A stretch of DNA of 63,996 bases, filler included, from Rhabdomonas costata (lineage: Eukaryota): assembly GCA_019059605.1 (NCBI GenBank). It is 41 parts of 41 records of this genome, joined end to end, with 100 filler letters (N's around TTAATTAATTAA, not from the genome) between each part and the next. Parts side by side here need not be neighbours in the genome. Positions count along the whole stretch, not along the records: positions 23,463 to 24,926 come from JAHMHO010015267.1; positions 25,027 to 26,491 come from JAHMHO010015268.1; positions 26,592 to 28,055 come from JAHMHO010015269.1; positions 28,156 to 29,619 come from JAHMHO010015270.1; positions 29,720 to 31,183 come from JAHMHO010015271.1; positions 31,284 to 32,747 come from JAHMHO010015272.1; positions 32,848 to 34,311 come from JAHMHO010015273.1; positions 34,412 to 35,877 come from JAHMHO010015274.1; 33 more parts are not named here. One strand, 5' to 3'. This document shows, one piece after another, positions 24,919-37,443 of the stretch. The stretch's first letter is position 1. Every line of letters starts with the position of its first letter. The position numbers and the translations under genes were made by a program. The notes beneath the pieces were generated by a model, which was not told the DNA's origin, did no database searches, and saw nothing but the letters and a program-made list of their open reading frames with translations.

Positions 24919-27004
24919 CCCCCCACNNNNNNNNNNNNNNNNNNNNNNNNNNNNNNNNNNNNNNNNNNNNTTAATTAATTAANNNNNNNNNNNNNNNNNN
25001 NNNNNNNNNNNNNNNNNNNNNNNNNNAGCTCCTTGAGGGCGGGCGTGTCGAAAGACCTGAAGGTAGCGTCAAGAACGCACAGGCAAGCGTGGCGAACGAG
25101 ATGGCTGTGGTTTGCATTTCTGTTTTCGAGGGTTCGAGTAACGTGTGTTGGTGAGGCTATCTGTGGACGTGTGAGGTACGGTGATGGTATGCGTGTAGGA
25201 GGACTGATGGCTGTGAAGGTGGACGCACTGGAATGGTATCGTGAGAATCTGAGCGTATGCAGGATACGTACGGAGCATCAAGCAGTGTGCTGAGTCTCAT
25301 GCGGATAGAGGCGAGTCACTTCAGAAACCACTCCGTAGGGCTATGCACCCGTGACCTCTATTGCTCTTTCATTGCGTGATGGTAACACTTACGGTGGCTA
25401 CACTAGTATCTCGCGTAGTGGGTTGTGGATTTGTCAGTACCCAGAAATCCGACTGTGGTAGAATTAGCGAGCTATTACAGATGGCAGCACGTCACCTGAG
25501 GAGTGGTACGTTGACATGGCCAGAAGATCGGTAGAACCGTGGAGTATGCGCATTTGTAGCCTTCACCTAGTATACTCAAGGTTTGTCGGTGTAACGTTTC
25601 CATACGTGGGGTAGAGATGATGTTGTAGCCGTACCGTAGTGTGTGGCTATGGGATCATCAGCCCTACACCAAAAGCACCCAAGCGTTGGGTAATAGGCCA
25701 CCACTGGTGAGTACGGAATCCCAACCGAGTGGTAAATAGAACCTACGTGCAGTAAGATCCTGACAACCTACTACGGTACGAGATGCCATGATGCAGGAGG
25801 AATGTCGATGCCACAATTCCACCACCACACTCCACAGAAGGGAAGTAGTATGAGGGGTGTTAGCAACGTTTACATGCGCCACAAGCCCTACCCATCGTTG
25901 AGCCATCCTCGCGTAGGAACCACAAGGTTAGAGTGGAAATGGTGACGTAGGCGTAAGACATCCTGGTTGAGTCAAACCCTGCGTAATGGAGGTCGCCGAT
26001 ACCGACACACCCAACTCAACATCCATCTTCCCATACTGCGTGAGAGAGAGGGAGCGTAACCATCCTTATGGTGGTGGAGCGAACATGGCACGTGAGGTTA
26101 ATAGTGAGAGAGTGGTTGAGAGTGAGAGAGGTGAAGGGATGAATGGATGAAATGAGGAAGAGTGAGGCTACGCGCAACCATACGACAAAATGCGCAACCA
26201 TACCAGCATCAGCGCAACAATCAGCGCAACCCAACGAAAGAGACGCGAACCCTACCACAGAGCCCCGAACCCAACAAAAGAGACGCGATTCCTTACGCAT
26301 GCTTCCACCACCCTTCCTCCTACGCATCAGCCAACACTACACCCTACACCATACACCCTACGCATCACTCCAACCCTCCACCTTCCAACGTCAACCTTCG
26401 ACACAGAACCACCACCCAACATTCGATGTCAGAATCCCACCACAAACGCACACAGAGATGCCTACCTCCCACTCCAATGCAAGGATGAATGNNNNNNNNN
26501 NNNNNNNNNNNNNNNNNNNNNNNNNNNNNNNNNNNTTAATTAATTAANNNNNNNNNNNNNNNNNNNNNNNNNNNNNNNNNNNNNNNNNNNNTGTGTGGGT
26601 GTTTTTTGCTTTCCTGAGCAAGGTGGGGTTCACCCCGTCGCATCCAAGGTTGATGGATTCTCACAGAATCCCGTCACATCCAAGGTTGATGGATTCTCAC
26701 GGAATCTGCCGACTTGCATGCATCCTTCAGGGCCGTTTTTGAGCGGTTAGAAGTCAAGGCATCTTCTCTTCTCCTCTCTTTTCTCATCGCCACATAGCCA
26801 CCGATCTATACTCCATCAGTTGGTGATGATAAAATGACTCTTTTGGATTCGTGCATACTTTTTTGAGACTCCCTAACGCATGCAGACTGCATCGCTACTC
26901 TTACTGGTGCTTTTCCGAATGATCCCGCAGAGTGAAGGCTCGTGCCTGTTCTCCGTCATTTCTATCGCTGCTCAACTTTCATTCCATATGCTCTTAGTTC
27001 GCAG

Positions 27005-28027
27005 GGCAGTGGCTTCTCTGAGAGGCTCGGAAGCAAGCAAGGCGAAGGTTCCCCTTTTGTGGGAAGCTGCCGCGCTGTGGGCGGACCTTCACCACCTGTG
27101 CGAGCGCCAGGGCTGGTCTGCACCCTCAGCAGAGACCCCGCTGAGTCTACTGGAGGTCTCTCTACCTGCCATCCTGTGCCTTCCCCTCCCCTACTGCAAT
27201 CTCGACTGTTCCCGGATCGTAGATCCCAAGGCACACTGTGAGTTGGCTGCACAATTTTCCCTCCCACCTTATCCTTCTCTCTTTGAGACTGTGAAAGGTT
27301 GTCGAAAGGCACAGCCTGCTGTTCCACTGCCTTTTCTTTGTGGTTGGTGTTGTTGCTTCTTTGGGTGGGCGTTTTCTTTCCTATCCGCCACCTCGCCCAG
27401 GTCCTGCGGGAGGGCGACGAGCCCCCCACTGTGGACCAGCTGCGGCCGCTGGCTCGCGCTCTCTCTCTGCTGGCGAGCCGCCCCCCAAAGGCACTCGTTG
27501 TTGCCCAGGTGCGACGCAGGCGCTCACACATACACACACACACACGACCACGACGGAAACATGCGAATCGCTAAGTTGTGCCGCCACATGTGCACACACC
27601 ATTGCAGCGAGGTCCCCTCCTCCCCGTGTTTTTGTGCAGAAAAGAGTTTGCGCAGAAATTACACATTGTCATGTGCAGCTTTGTTTTGTCAATGCCTTCT
27701 CCGTTTAGTCCCTTGTTCCCCTTGGAGTGTAAGTGGCCGCTGCAGCTCGCGGGCGGATTGATGTAGTTGCTTTCTGTGTTACTTGCGTGTCTTACGCCAC
27801 TTCCAAGCGTTTTGTTTCGTGTTTGAGTATGGGAGCCAATTGCTGACAGGAATTGTTGCACGGTACGGACTGTCTTTCAAAGCTGCACGTTACCGGTGCG
27901 GTAGCTCCCTCCCTGCTTTCTTTTCCAATGTATCAAAAGGCCGCTGCTGCCGCAGTCCTCCGCTCGGGAAACTCCCCGCAGGTCCAGGCGCTCATCACGG
28001 ATCTGCTCGCGTGCTCCACCCCTGAGG
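27005..28027 (+). CDS. Three internal exons of a hypothetical helical protein
   Basis: Exons 27005-27155, 27401-27508 and 27940-~28027 have AG/GT boundaries and join in phase 0. Confidence 0.6.
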
Positions 28028-28155
28028 GTCTCTTAACCCTCCACACCCACCCACCNNNNNNNNNNNNNNNNNNNNNNNNNNNNNNNNNNNNNNNNNNNNT
28101 TAATTAATTAANNNNNNNNNNNNNNNNNNNNNNNNNNNNNNNNNNNNNNNNNNNN

Positions 28156-28418
28156 CGCCGAGAGCCATTTCCCCGGGCCACAGGCTGAGATCGTCCACCG
28201 GCACCCGGCGCAGGTTTTGGGGGACTGGCCCACACGCCCTGCTCCTCGTCGTCCTCCTCCGGGACTCTCGCAGGAACGGCCGTCACCCCGCCGCCTGCCC
28301 TTCCCCAGGCGTCTTCGGGGCCAGCGGGGTGAGGGTAGTAGCGGGGTGGGCCCACAGGGAGGGCCCCATTGCGGCGAGGCTGCGGCGGAGAGCGCTGCGA
28401 TGGCGGCACCTCGCGAAC
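28156..28418 (-). CDS. Pro/Gly-rich exon of a hypothetical protein; partial
   Basis: A TTCTTTTAG acceptor is followed by a GC-rich open frame (VREVPPSQRSPP...EEDDEEQGVW). Confidence 0.5.
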
Positions 28419-31403
28419 CTAAAAGAATAACAACAACCAGAAACCGCCCGCGCTATGCCGCTTCTTTGGTTCATGTGCGGGTTTGTTGTTTCACTGAAAA
28501 ATGCTTCTCTTTGCGGTTTGGGACCTTTGCCGGAGGGAAAGGCTGGGACCGCAATAACCGCAGTAGAGTCACAACGAAGCCGTCCCTGTGGGTGGCTCCT
28601 TCTAATCAAACATCTCCGGGCAGGATCCAAGGCACCTTCAGAAAGCCAATAGGGGCCAGCATCCGTATGCCATCTTGGCAGAATGGCCAAAGCCCCGGTT
28701 AGCGCCCAAAACGCCCTCCAAAACCTCCAAATGGTTTTAAAATGTCATCAACAATGACTGAAAACTCGTCCTATGCGCCCATGCACGACAATCCTGCGCC
28801 GGACCCATTGCAACGTCAAGGAGCTCAGGCCAGCCCTCATGGGTGGATTGGCTCTTGAGATTCTGTATTTTTGGCAGCGAAGTGGGAAATGGGGTGGGGG
28901 CAGTCCTCCCTAACTCGACTAGCTCAGCTGAGGAGCCCATCCATCGGATAGTAACAAAGAAGCCCTCATTTCCCATAAAAATTTCCATCGGATAGCCGGA
29001 TTTTAAGGTGCGGAAGGGCGATCTTCTAAGGGGTCGAGTTGGGGTGACTGATAGGGCAAAAGTGGGAAACCTCCTGCCAAGGCGACGGTGGAGATGAAGA
29101 GTGATGCTGCTGCCTCAAAGGCTGAGGGGCTGGAGCAGGAAGAAGCTCCTCGAGGTCCGGCCTGGGATGCAGACGCTCCCACCTGAAAAAAGGTATACAT
29201 GTGTGTTCTTTTGCTCATTGCTGTGAACAACCTCGAAACCGAAGTTTTCCTTGTGCAAATCGCCTGTTGAGATTCTTGTGTGTTTTTTTCACCGCAAAAT
29301 GGTCTTGCTCACGTGTGTGTCGAGAGGAGACATAAACTGACCGCGAAGAACGGTCTTTTAGTGCTGTTGAAATGTTCAGGTTTGTATCGCTGAAGAGGTC
29401 CCCATATGTTTTCTGGTCTTTCCGCACGCGTGCGTTGTGTGTGGAAGCACGAACCAATCACTTACTTCAGGAGCCACAGCAGATGACATTCGGTGTCACC
29501 ACGTGCACGTAATGAACGATCGTGAAGTACTCCTGACCGTTGTAGGCTGTTGGTCCATCCTCGGATCAAAGCATCTTTTCGGGATGCAGACACATCCCAC
29601 GACACTGCATCCTCCGCATNNNNNNNNNNNNNNNNNNNNNNNNNNNNNNNNNNNNNNNNNNNNTTAATTAATTAANNNNNNNNNNNNNNNNNNNNNNNNN
29701 NNNNNNNNNNNNNNNNNNNGGGGTTTGGTTGGAAGGGACATGGGCGCAAACCAAAGATTGGCAAAAGACAATAGGGCCCAAATTGATTTATGCCTTTCCA
29801 ACAGCCCAAGAATAAAAACCACCTAGGCCTAAACGGGTGCCAGGAGGTGGGTAGGCGCAACATCCGGGGGCAAAAACACTACTAACATTGTTGATTCCGA
29901 ACGTGGTCCCAATTATAACATCCCTGTGACCGCCCGGTCCCCGGGGGAAAGGCGGGAACCCAAGCTGAAAAGCAGGAAGAAAAGCAAGAAAAAGACAACG
30001 GGTTATTGTGCTAGGAAAAAACTAGTAACGGTCAGGGAGGAATGGCCAGAAAGGCCTTTTCGTTAGGGGCAATGGGGGTGAACGTATGGGTTAGTTATGG
30101 GTTGGGAGGGTGTGTTTCCGGGCAAGGGGTTACCATCGGCCGGAGGAAGGACTTTGTTTCTGACAGAGGAGAACCGTTACAGAGGGGCACTTTTCCGACC
30201 GCAGAATAGTGGCTAATGGTAGATGTGCCCCGACAGAAAGCGTTCTGGAGGAACTCGAGGACATTTGTTTTCACCACGTATTGGTATTCATTTGACGGGG
30301 CTGCGCAAGTGGAATTGGCCCCTGCAAGGTCGCTTCTCATTATGCCTCTGAATATGTGGCCAGTTCAGGTCCTTACATTACATACATTGCCAATTACTTT
30401 TCGTCAAGCGAAGTGAAGGCTCACAGCCAGAAACAAGTTGGGCATGCCAAAAGGTCGAACTGACAAGAATCCGAATACAGCGATGAGAAATGACCGCATA
30501 ACTTCTGCAATATTTGTAGAATGGAACAGGCCCTTATCGCTCTCTCATTGGTGCAAAGACGCATCCAAAGCTGTGAACACTTTCAGTGCAGCGAACAGAT
30601 TTTCAGCATCGGTGTTCAGAGAGCAAAGGGTAACAGAAAACAAATCAGGCAACTACACAACAGGAAGTCTAACCAGATGAAGACGGGAAGGGGGGAAAGG
30701 AACGCACAGACAAAAGACAAAAAAGGAAACGCGGCAACGCGTAGGTTTACAACTGGTCCGGGTGTCTGGTCTGTGAGCGGCCAGCCTATTCTGAGGGAGG
30801 AGAGCGGGAAGCCGCTCCTGAATTGATTTTCGCCTCGAAAGGCACCCCGACTGACCACCCTAACGAGGGAGCACGCGCGAAAAACTTTCCAAGATTGCCC
30901 AGTGGATTGGGTGAATTGGGAGTTTAGAGCCCCGTGCCTTTGCCTTTGGCCGCCAGCCCGGGCTTCGCCTTGGGCAGCTCGCTGGCGTCAAAGTCCTGCC
31001 CGCTGCCGACCTCCCCGCTGGTGGTGGAGTAACGGCCCCGAGCGGCGCCAGCGTCCGTGGCAAAGGGGCAAGCACCGCCACCATCTTTGCAATACAGACA
31101 CACAAACAGGCACAGTTACAGGAACACACACCGCATTCTGGCATCGCCAATCACGGAAAAGGAAGCGATGCCAGAAAGTGAAGNNNNNNNNNNNNNNNNN
31201 NNNNNNNNNNNNNNNNNNNNNNNNNNNTTAATTAATTAANNNNNNNNNNNNNNNNNNNNNNNNNNNNNNNNNNNNNNNNNNNNTGTGTTTGTGTTGACGT
31301 TTAAGTTTTCGGGTTGTTTCCCATAAAGTTCCCCTGGTTTTTTTTATCTTCTGGTCTCTCTGTCTGTCGGGATGGTCTCAGCGTTTTTTTGTGCCCTTTG
31401 TAG

Positions 31404-31845
31404 ATTGCCGAAACAAGTCCTGCGCAACGGCCAGATTATCGAGGTCAGGGACGACATCGCAGCCATGCTGGGAGGAGGTGATGACGAGGTTTGCCTAAAC
31501 GTTGAACTACTACTGCTACTGCTGCTGCTGCTGTTGCGACTGCTGCCATCACCACCACTACTACTACTTCGAACTACGGTAGTGGGGGAGGGGCTAAGTC
31601 CACAGTCAACTCTCAGCGAACGTTTCGAAGAACGGGCCGTTCTCGGGGAGACAGCTTTGCGGCATTTTCCATCTCTCTGTCTATCCCCCCTTTCAGCCTG
31701 TCTTGCCTTGAGCGTTTGCCGATTGCACTGATTTTTCGCAACACTCACATTCGCATTTCACGCCGTATTTGCAGAAGAAGAAGACCGAGGCGCCACAGCC
31801 TGTAGTGCTTCCCACTGAAGCCCTGCACCAGCTCCACTCCGCAGG
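31404..31845 (+). CDS. UBXN11: Two exons of UBX domain-containing protein 11 (Socius)-like
   Basis: Exon 31404-31488, LPKQVLRNGQIIEVRDDI, matches the UBXN11 motif LPK-x-VIR-x-G-x-VIDIR-x-x-I. It joins in phase 0 to 31775-31845. Confidence 0.7.
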
Positions 31846-32648
31846 GTATGTGTGCATGTGACCTCTGAACATAGGTTGGGGACTATCAAATGAGCTCAAT
31901 GCTTGGCGAGAACTATGTTTACAAGATTTCCCGGTCACCATCTTTGTTCGCTTTATTTTCGGTGGCATCTGCATATTTTTTGAGGGTGATTTCTGAGGAT
32001 TGAGGGCCCTGGTTGCTGTGCAGTGCAGCTTTTGTTCTGGTGCGTTGCCAGACACCTTGCCCCTAAAGGCCCTACCTTGCCCCCTAAAGACTATTGCACG
32101 TTTCTCAGGGCATGCAAGCTGGAACAAGGGCAGCCCTGCAGCAGTGGCTCAACCTCGGCTCTGCCTGACTCCGTGGCAACGGTTCAGGTTCGGCCACCTT
32201 GCTTCTCGTTTATGCATCCAGGGCGCCTCCCGACAACCCCTTTCCGGCTGTGCCTATGGGATGAGTTTTTGCTTTTAACAACTTTTAACCCCGTCCGCTT
32301 TTATGCTTTTCCATCGATTTTCCTGAACCTGTGTGCTTGCGTGCAGTTTAGCCTCTTGTCTTTCACCGCTTTAGCACCGTGGTGGGTGTGCAGGAGGCTG
32401 TGATTCTCGCTCTTTGAATTTTTTAAAAGCTCGTTTTCCGACGATGTGCGGCAATTTCAGTATGCACCCAAGTGTCCAGACTCCACCTCTTCGTTTTATT
32501 CTACTTGGATGGCCCGTCAGCGAGCCACGGCGTCTTTGCCAGTTGATCGCCTTTTGTTCTGGGACCTTCTGACCGCCTCAAATCCATCAACGGCTATGGG
32601 CGGGTGAGAGAGAGTGTGTGAAAATTGATGAGAAGTCCCTTCATTGGC

Positions 32649-32741
32649 TTTTCCTCCCGTAGACCCCTGGTTAAAAAACTTTCAGGTATGGATGGCCACT
32701 ATGACTGAAAGTTTTTTAACCAGGGGTCTACGGGAGGAAAA
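32649..32741. repeat. 37-bp perfect hairpin at a contig end (fold-back chimera)
   Basis: 32649-32685 is the reverse complement of 32705-32741. Confidence 0.93.
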
Positions 32742-32850
32742 CCCAACNNNNNNNNNNNNNNNNNNNNNNNNNNNNNNNNNNNNNNNNNNNNTTAATTAAT
32801 TAANNNNNNNNNNNNNNNNNNNNNNNNNNNNNNNNNNNNNNNNNNNNGTT

Positions 32851-33016
32851 GAGATATGAACCCGTCCGAAGAGTAGGCCATGTGCGCTCGAAAGACCACT
32901 GGCCCCCATTTGGTTAGCTTACCCGTGATAATGTAAGCGGTCCCGCCGCTAACACACCAGTGCCCCAGTGGTCTTTCGAGCGCACATGGCCTACTCTTCG
33001 GACGGGTTCATATCTC
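32851..33016. repeat. 52-bp inverted repeat at a contig start (fold-back chimera)
   Basis: 32851-32902 is the reverse complement of 32965-33016. Confidence 0.93.
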
Positions 33017-35977
33017 TACCCGAATCCCAGTCGTCTGTACACCAGCGTCTTTCCGTTGTCCAACCGTTCGGACGAGGAGGCTGTTCGATCAAAACGCCTC
33101 TTCGATAACATGCCCGGCATCCCCCATTGTTTCCGGAGTGGGTACGTGTTCTTTCGCCTTTGGGATGGCTACGGGGTTGGGCGTTTATACTGTCCCAGGT
33201 TTGGTTGCCGGCGTCCGGCGTTCGGGTGGACGTGTTGGTTCTTTGTGTTTTGCGATGGCTCTGCATTACGGTATTTGGTTCTCCCGCCCTGTTTCTCGCA
33301 CCGGTTCATATCGGAACACAAAATTGCGGCTCTACCCGCCGTGCTCCTAATTTCTCTCCCCCAGAGTCTTTCAGCTGACATTACGTGTCATGCATTAGGG
33401 CAACTCCAAAGATCAAGCCGCTAGCCGAAGGTGGAGAAGCAGGCAATCAAAACACCTCTCAAAATCTCGCATTCCAATACTTCGCTTGTCCATTTAGATC
33501 GATTTCTATGGGCTTGGTTTGTGTCTGGTTCTTGCCGTGGCGTGTTGGTGCGGTTATATGGCTGGAAAGTTTTGTGGGTTGTGGTTGACGCGGTTCATGC
33601 GGTAGGTGCTGACGCGGTAGGTGCTGGGTAGGTGTGTGGTGTCGGACGTGAATAATGTGGGCGGTTGGGCCTGGATGATGGCTAAGGTATTTAATGGAGC
33701 GCCTGTTTGTCGTGTATCTGTGTATCTGTTTGTTTCTTTGCGGAAAAGCTCATTAGTCAACCATGCCAATTTCACTTTCCATTCACCGGTTTCAGGTGCC
33801 CTTGGCTTCTATTGGTACTGGGTTTTGTCGACAAGGGTGTATGGAGATGATTGGATATGAGACCCAGGAGGACTGTTGGACCCAGAAAGAGGCACTACCT
33901 GCAGAAGCTCCGACTGTGACGACACCAACGTGCTTCCGCACGACCATTAAGTTGAGATCCTACTTATGAATATAGCCAGTACTACGTAGATGGCCACTGG
34001 TAACAGTTCAGTCAATTTACAATGGGCACAGGTTGCTCGCGTACACCAAATGTGCCTTAGGCCGAGTTAGCATGTGACAAGTCATGTCATCAAGCCACAG
34101 GTTGGCCAAGGTAGCTTGATCCCATGTCTCCAGAGACATTGCAGACACAACAGCATAACGTATATGCCATAGCATGCTCCCCATAACTAGTACTATGCGT
34201 ATGTGTGATAATACCTGGTGTTGACGATAGAGCGTAAGGTGTGGGTACCAATAGCTATAATGCCAATGTACCGTTTGGTAAAATATATGTGTCACACCTT
34301 ACCCAACCCCANNNNNNNNNNNNNNNNNNNNNNNNNNNNNNNNNNNNNNNNNNNNTTAATTAATTAANNNNNNNNNNNNNNNNNNNNNNNNNNNNNNNNN
34401 NNNNNNNNNNNGGGTGTGTGTGTGATCAACCCTGTGATCAACCCTGTGATCAACCCTATGCCCTGGACTTTCCATTTACAAGAGGCATCCTGCTGTCGGT
34501 GTCCCACACAACAAAACCTTCGTGTTTTTTTTGTTACGGTGATGCCTCACTCTTTTTCACATGCTGTGTGTTGGCTGATGAAGGAGCGTGGGGATGCAAG
34601 CCTAGATCAAGCTTCGAGTCGCCCCTTATACAGGTGCACAAATACGGTAAATGTGGAGGTGCGGTTGGGTATCATATGCCTGAGTATCATGCGGAGCTTC
34701 CGACCCGTTCAGACACCTCTCCCTGATGCTATCGTCATTTGTGATTGACTTAGAGCTGTTCGTGTCAAACGCTCGACCGAAACGCTGATATGGCTGATAT
34801 GGCAAATGGCCCAAATCGCATTATGTTTGTATCGCCAAGCACCCTAACGCGATCTACCCTTTTAGGGCTTTTTTCAGCTGTGGGATCGCCGAGAAAGGGC
34901 GGCTGGCCAGTCCCTCGACTGATCATGGTTTTTTCTTTCTACCGAATGTAGTCATTCTTTCATTCTCCCCATGTCACTCTGAAAGTCATGCGCACAGGTT
35001 TGCAGGTTGTCGAACTTGGCTGTGGCACCGCACCCTCGTTTTTCGGGCGTGCCCTTGCCGAGTCATTCATTTTGGTCATTTTTTGGCCACATTGTTATCA
35101 TTTCCGCTTTTCCCTCCGCTTTGATTTTGCTTGATTGCTGAGCTCCCTGAGAGGTGCGCTCATCATTGCTGCCCTCGTTGCTCCGTTCGGAAGTAATACC
35201 ACTGCTCCTAGTGGATGTCCTTTTCCCCAACAAACGGGCTGTTCAATCGTCTGAATGTCAAAACGGGGTTGGGATGGACAAGAAGCCTCGCTTCGAGGGC
35301 GGCAATTCAACCATGGCCAAAGAATCCCGCCATCTCTTTCCCCGCAATGTCTTCTTCACGCGAATCAGGATTCAATGAGATGCGGCCCCTGCCCGCTTGC
35401 TCAATCCTCCTCAATAATCCTGTGGAGCACATGGGTGGTGGAGACAATTGAGCTGAGGGGTACTTCCGTTCACCGTTTGGCGATGCCTTCATCGCACGTC
35501 GTTTCCGCTTCCAAGAGGCAGGCTGTTACTTTCACTTTTCCTTGGAAGCCCTCCGCTAGGCCCACTTTGCTGCAATCACTCCCCCGCAGTGGAGTTCAGT
35601 GCTGAACCCTCCCCCTCTTCTTATAGCAATTGTTCCCCAGGTGATGTGGTGTCCTTTGTCTTCTGCGGGTTAGGATCATGATTAAGTTTAGAGTCACCCT
35701 TCTGCCACTCAAGATGTCTTTCCCTGGAAAACCCTCGGAACTAATATCGGCACCGTATTTGTCTTGTCTTTTTTTATTTACACCTTCGCTCACCTCGCTC
35801 ATCCTTCGCCACCCCTTCTCCCCTTCTCCCCCTATCTGTTTAAAGCAATTGTTCCCGAGGTGAGCGAAGGTGTAAATNNNNNNNNNNNNNNNNNNNNNNN
35901 NNNNNNNNNNNNNNNNNNNNNTTAATTAATTAANNNNNNNNNNNNNNNNNNNNNNNNNNNNNNNNNNNNNNNNNNNN

Positions 35978-36058
35978 TGGTTGGATGGATGGATGGATGG
36001 ATGGATGGATGGATGGATGGATGGATGGATGGATGGATGGATGGATGGATGGACGGAT
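35978..36058 (+). repeat. (TGGA)n microsatellite
   Basis: About 20 near-perfect TGGA units. Confidence 0.97.
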
Positions 36059-36507
36059 GTTGATTGGTTGAGAGTGGCAACGGTTACCACTGGTAACATG
36101 ACGAAATACGTTTATTGTTAAATAGGGTCGGAAAAAGTTGACAGCACCCTCGAAATGATTCAAGGAAAATAACGACTGTACATCGCAGACGCGATATTCG
36201 TGGTCAGCACCACAGAACCGACGCTGACTAAGGACCAGCCTATCTCAGCGATTCAGAGCATAAGTTTAATAGGCGCACGGCAGTCCACGCCGCAGCCCGA
36301 GCAGCTGGATCGGGAACATCACCACGGGACAGAACGCACTTTTTTCTTTTCTTTTCTTACAGCACGGTCCAAAATCGTTTCCAGTGGCAAACATTACCCC
36401 CCCCCCACACACACACACATACACACACGGAACAGATATCTGCACGCCAAAAAACAGTTCGCCAAAGGGTGCACAGACAGAAAGCATGCAAGCGCCAACA
36501 AAAAAAA

Positions 36508-37443
36508 CTAAAAAGAAGCCACGTTCTCACGAAAACTCGCACCCTGTTCACTCCTTTGAACGGAACCATCCCCTGAGGGATGCGAATCACAGGCCAGCAC
36601 CACAGGGGCTTTCAAAACTTTGACCACACAACCGTCTTCGTCGACAACCTTACCTCCTCTCTCAGAATCGACATAAGACGAAGCGGCAGGAGGAACGGAA
36701 TTCGCGGCCTGCAACTGGGCGAGCATCGCCGCAGCCTCCGAGCTGTACTTGCACCGCTTCCGGATGGCTTCCCCGTACCGCGCAAAGATGAACGGGAAGG
36801 GCAGGCAGATCAGACTCAGAAGACCCGCTATGGCCGCGCCCCAGTGCACTCCGTTGGGCTTCCCGATGGCGTACATGTCCGGCGTGAATAGCGGGAAGGC
36901 AAACCCAAAAAGCGAACGGATCACCGAGTTCGCAGCCAGGACCGAGGCGGCGTAGATCAGATAGCTGTCGGTGAGGTAGTTTATCAACCCAAGGAAGATG
37001 AGGACCATCCCGCAGCCAAACGGCCCTCCCCCTATCACTGGCGCAATCCAGGGCATATCAGGCCCATCAGTCGACGCAAAGATGGCGAGGCCAACGACAA
37101 TAAGAACTCCACCAATCATTGCAGAAGGGAGCCTCTCTTCCGGAGGTGCCATGCCTCCGTGCTTGGTAGCGGCTCTAATGTAACGGGGGTTTTCAATGAA
37201 AATAATGTAGGCCACCGCCAAAAGCATTCCGGCCAGAACGCCAAGAAAGGCAAGCCCACTAATGCCCGTATTCCATCCATGACCATGCTGAAAGACGATT
37301 GGAAAGGCGGCAAAGAGGGAGTACAACGTCCCATAAACAATAGCAACATAAAGACTCAGCAGAAGGACAATGGGTTCCCAGAAAAGGAGTTGCCACGGTC
37401 GTAACAAAGAAGTCCTCACCAAAACACGCAGTCGCAGATCCTT
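36508..37443 (-). CDS. Fungal-type MFS drug:H+ antiporter (DHA1, TPO1/FLU1/MDR1-like), C-terminal half, intronless, 5'-partial
   Basis: A 312-codon frame is open to the contig edge and contains RPWQLLFWEPIV, AAFPIVF...GWNTGISGLAFLG, APPEERL, NYLTDSY..YAASVLAAN..IRSLFGFAFPLF and YGEAIRKR, the hallmark DHA1 TMS7-12 motifs. Confidence 0.95.
   Translation of the reverse strand, partial: KDLRLRVLVRTSLLRPWQLLFWEPIVLLLSLYVAIVYGTLYSLFAAFPIVFQHGHGWNTGISGLAFLGVLAGMLLAVAYIIFIENPRYIRAATKHGGMAPPEERLPSAMIGGVLIVVGLAIFASTDGPDMPWIAPVIGGGPFGCGMVLIFLGLINYLTDSYLIYAASVLAANSVIRSLFGFAFPLFTPDMYAIGKPNGVHWGAAIAGLLSLICLPFPFIFARYGEAIRKRCKYSSEAAAMLAQLQAANSVPPAASSYVDSERGGKVVDEDGCVVKVLKAPVVLACDSHPSGDGSVQRSEQGASFRENVASF

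Noticed and set aside
26636..26706. Short tandem duplications here and at 19554-19588, 22477-22514 and 34420-34456
   Set aside because: Ordinary two- to three-copy minisatellites without spacers.
26880..27761. 293-aa ORF and most other ORF-track entries
   Set aside because: They read through introns or are antisense shadows of GC-rich exons. Spliced models explain the coding signal better.
30438..30640. In-frame TGA in a protein-like minus frame (also near 42856) as stop-codon reassignment
   Set aside because: No recognisable homology, and TGA, TAA and TAG all terminate well-supported genes in this window.
31500..31570. Poly-Leu/poly-Ser ORF segment
   Set aside because: It is a (CTA/CTG)n microsatellite inside the UBXN11 intron.
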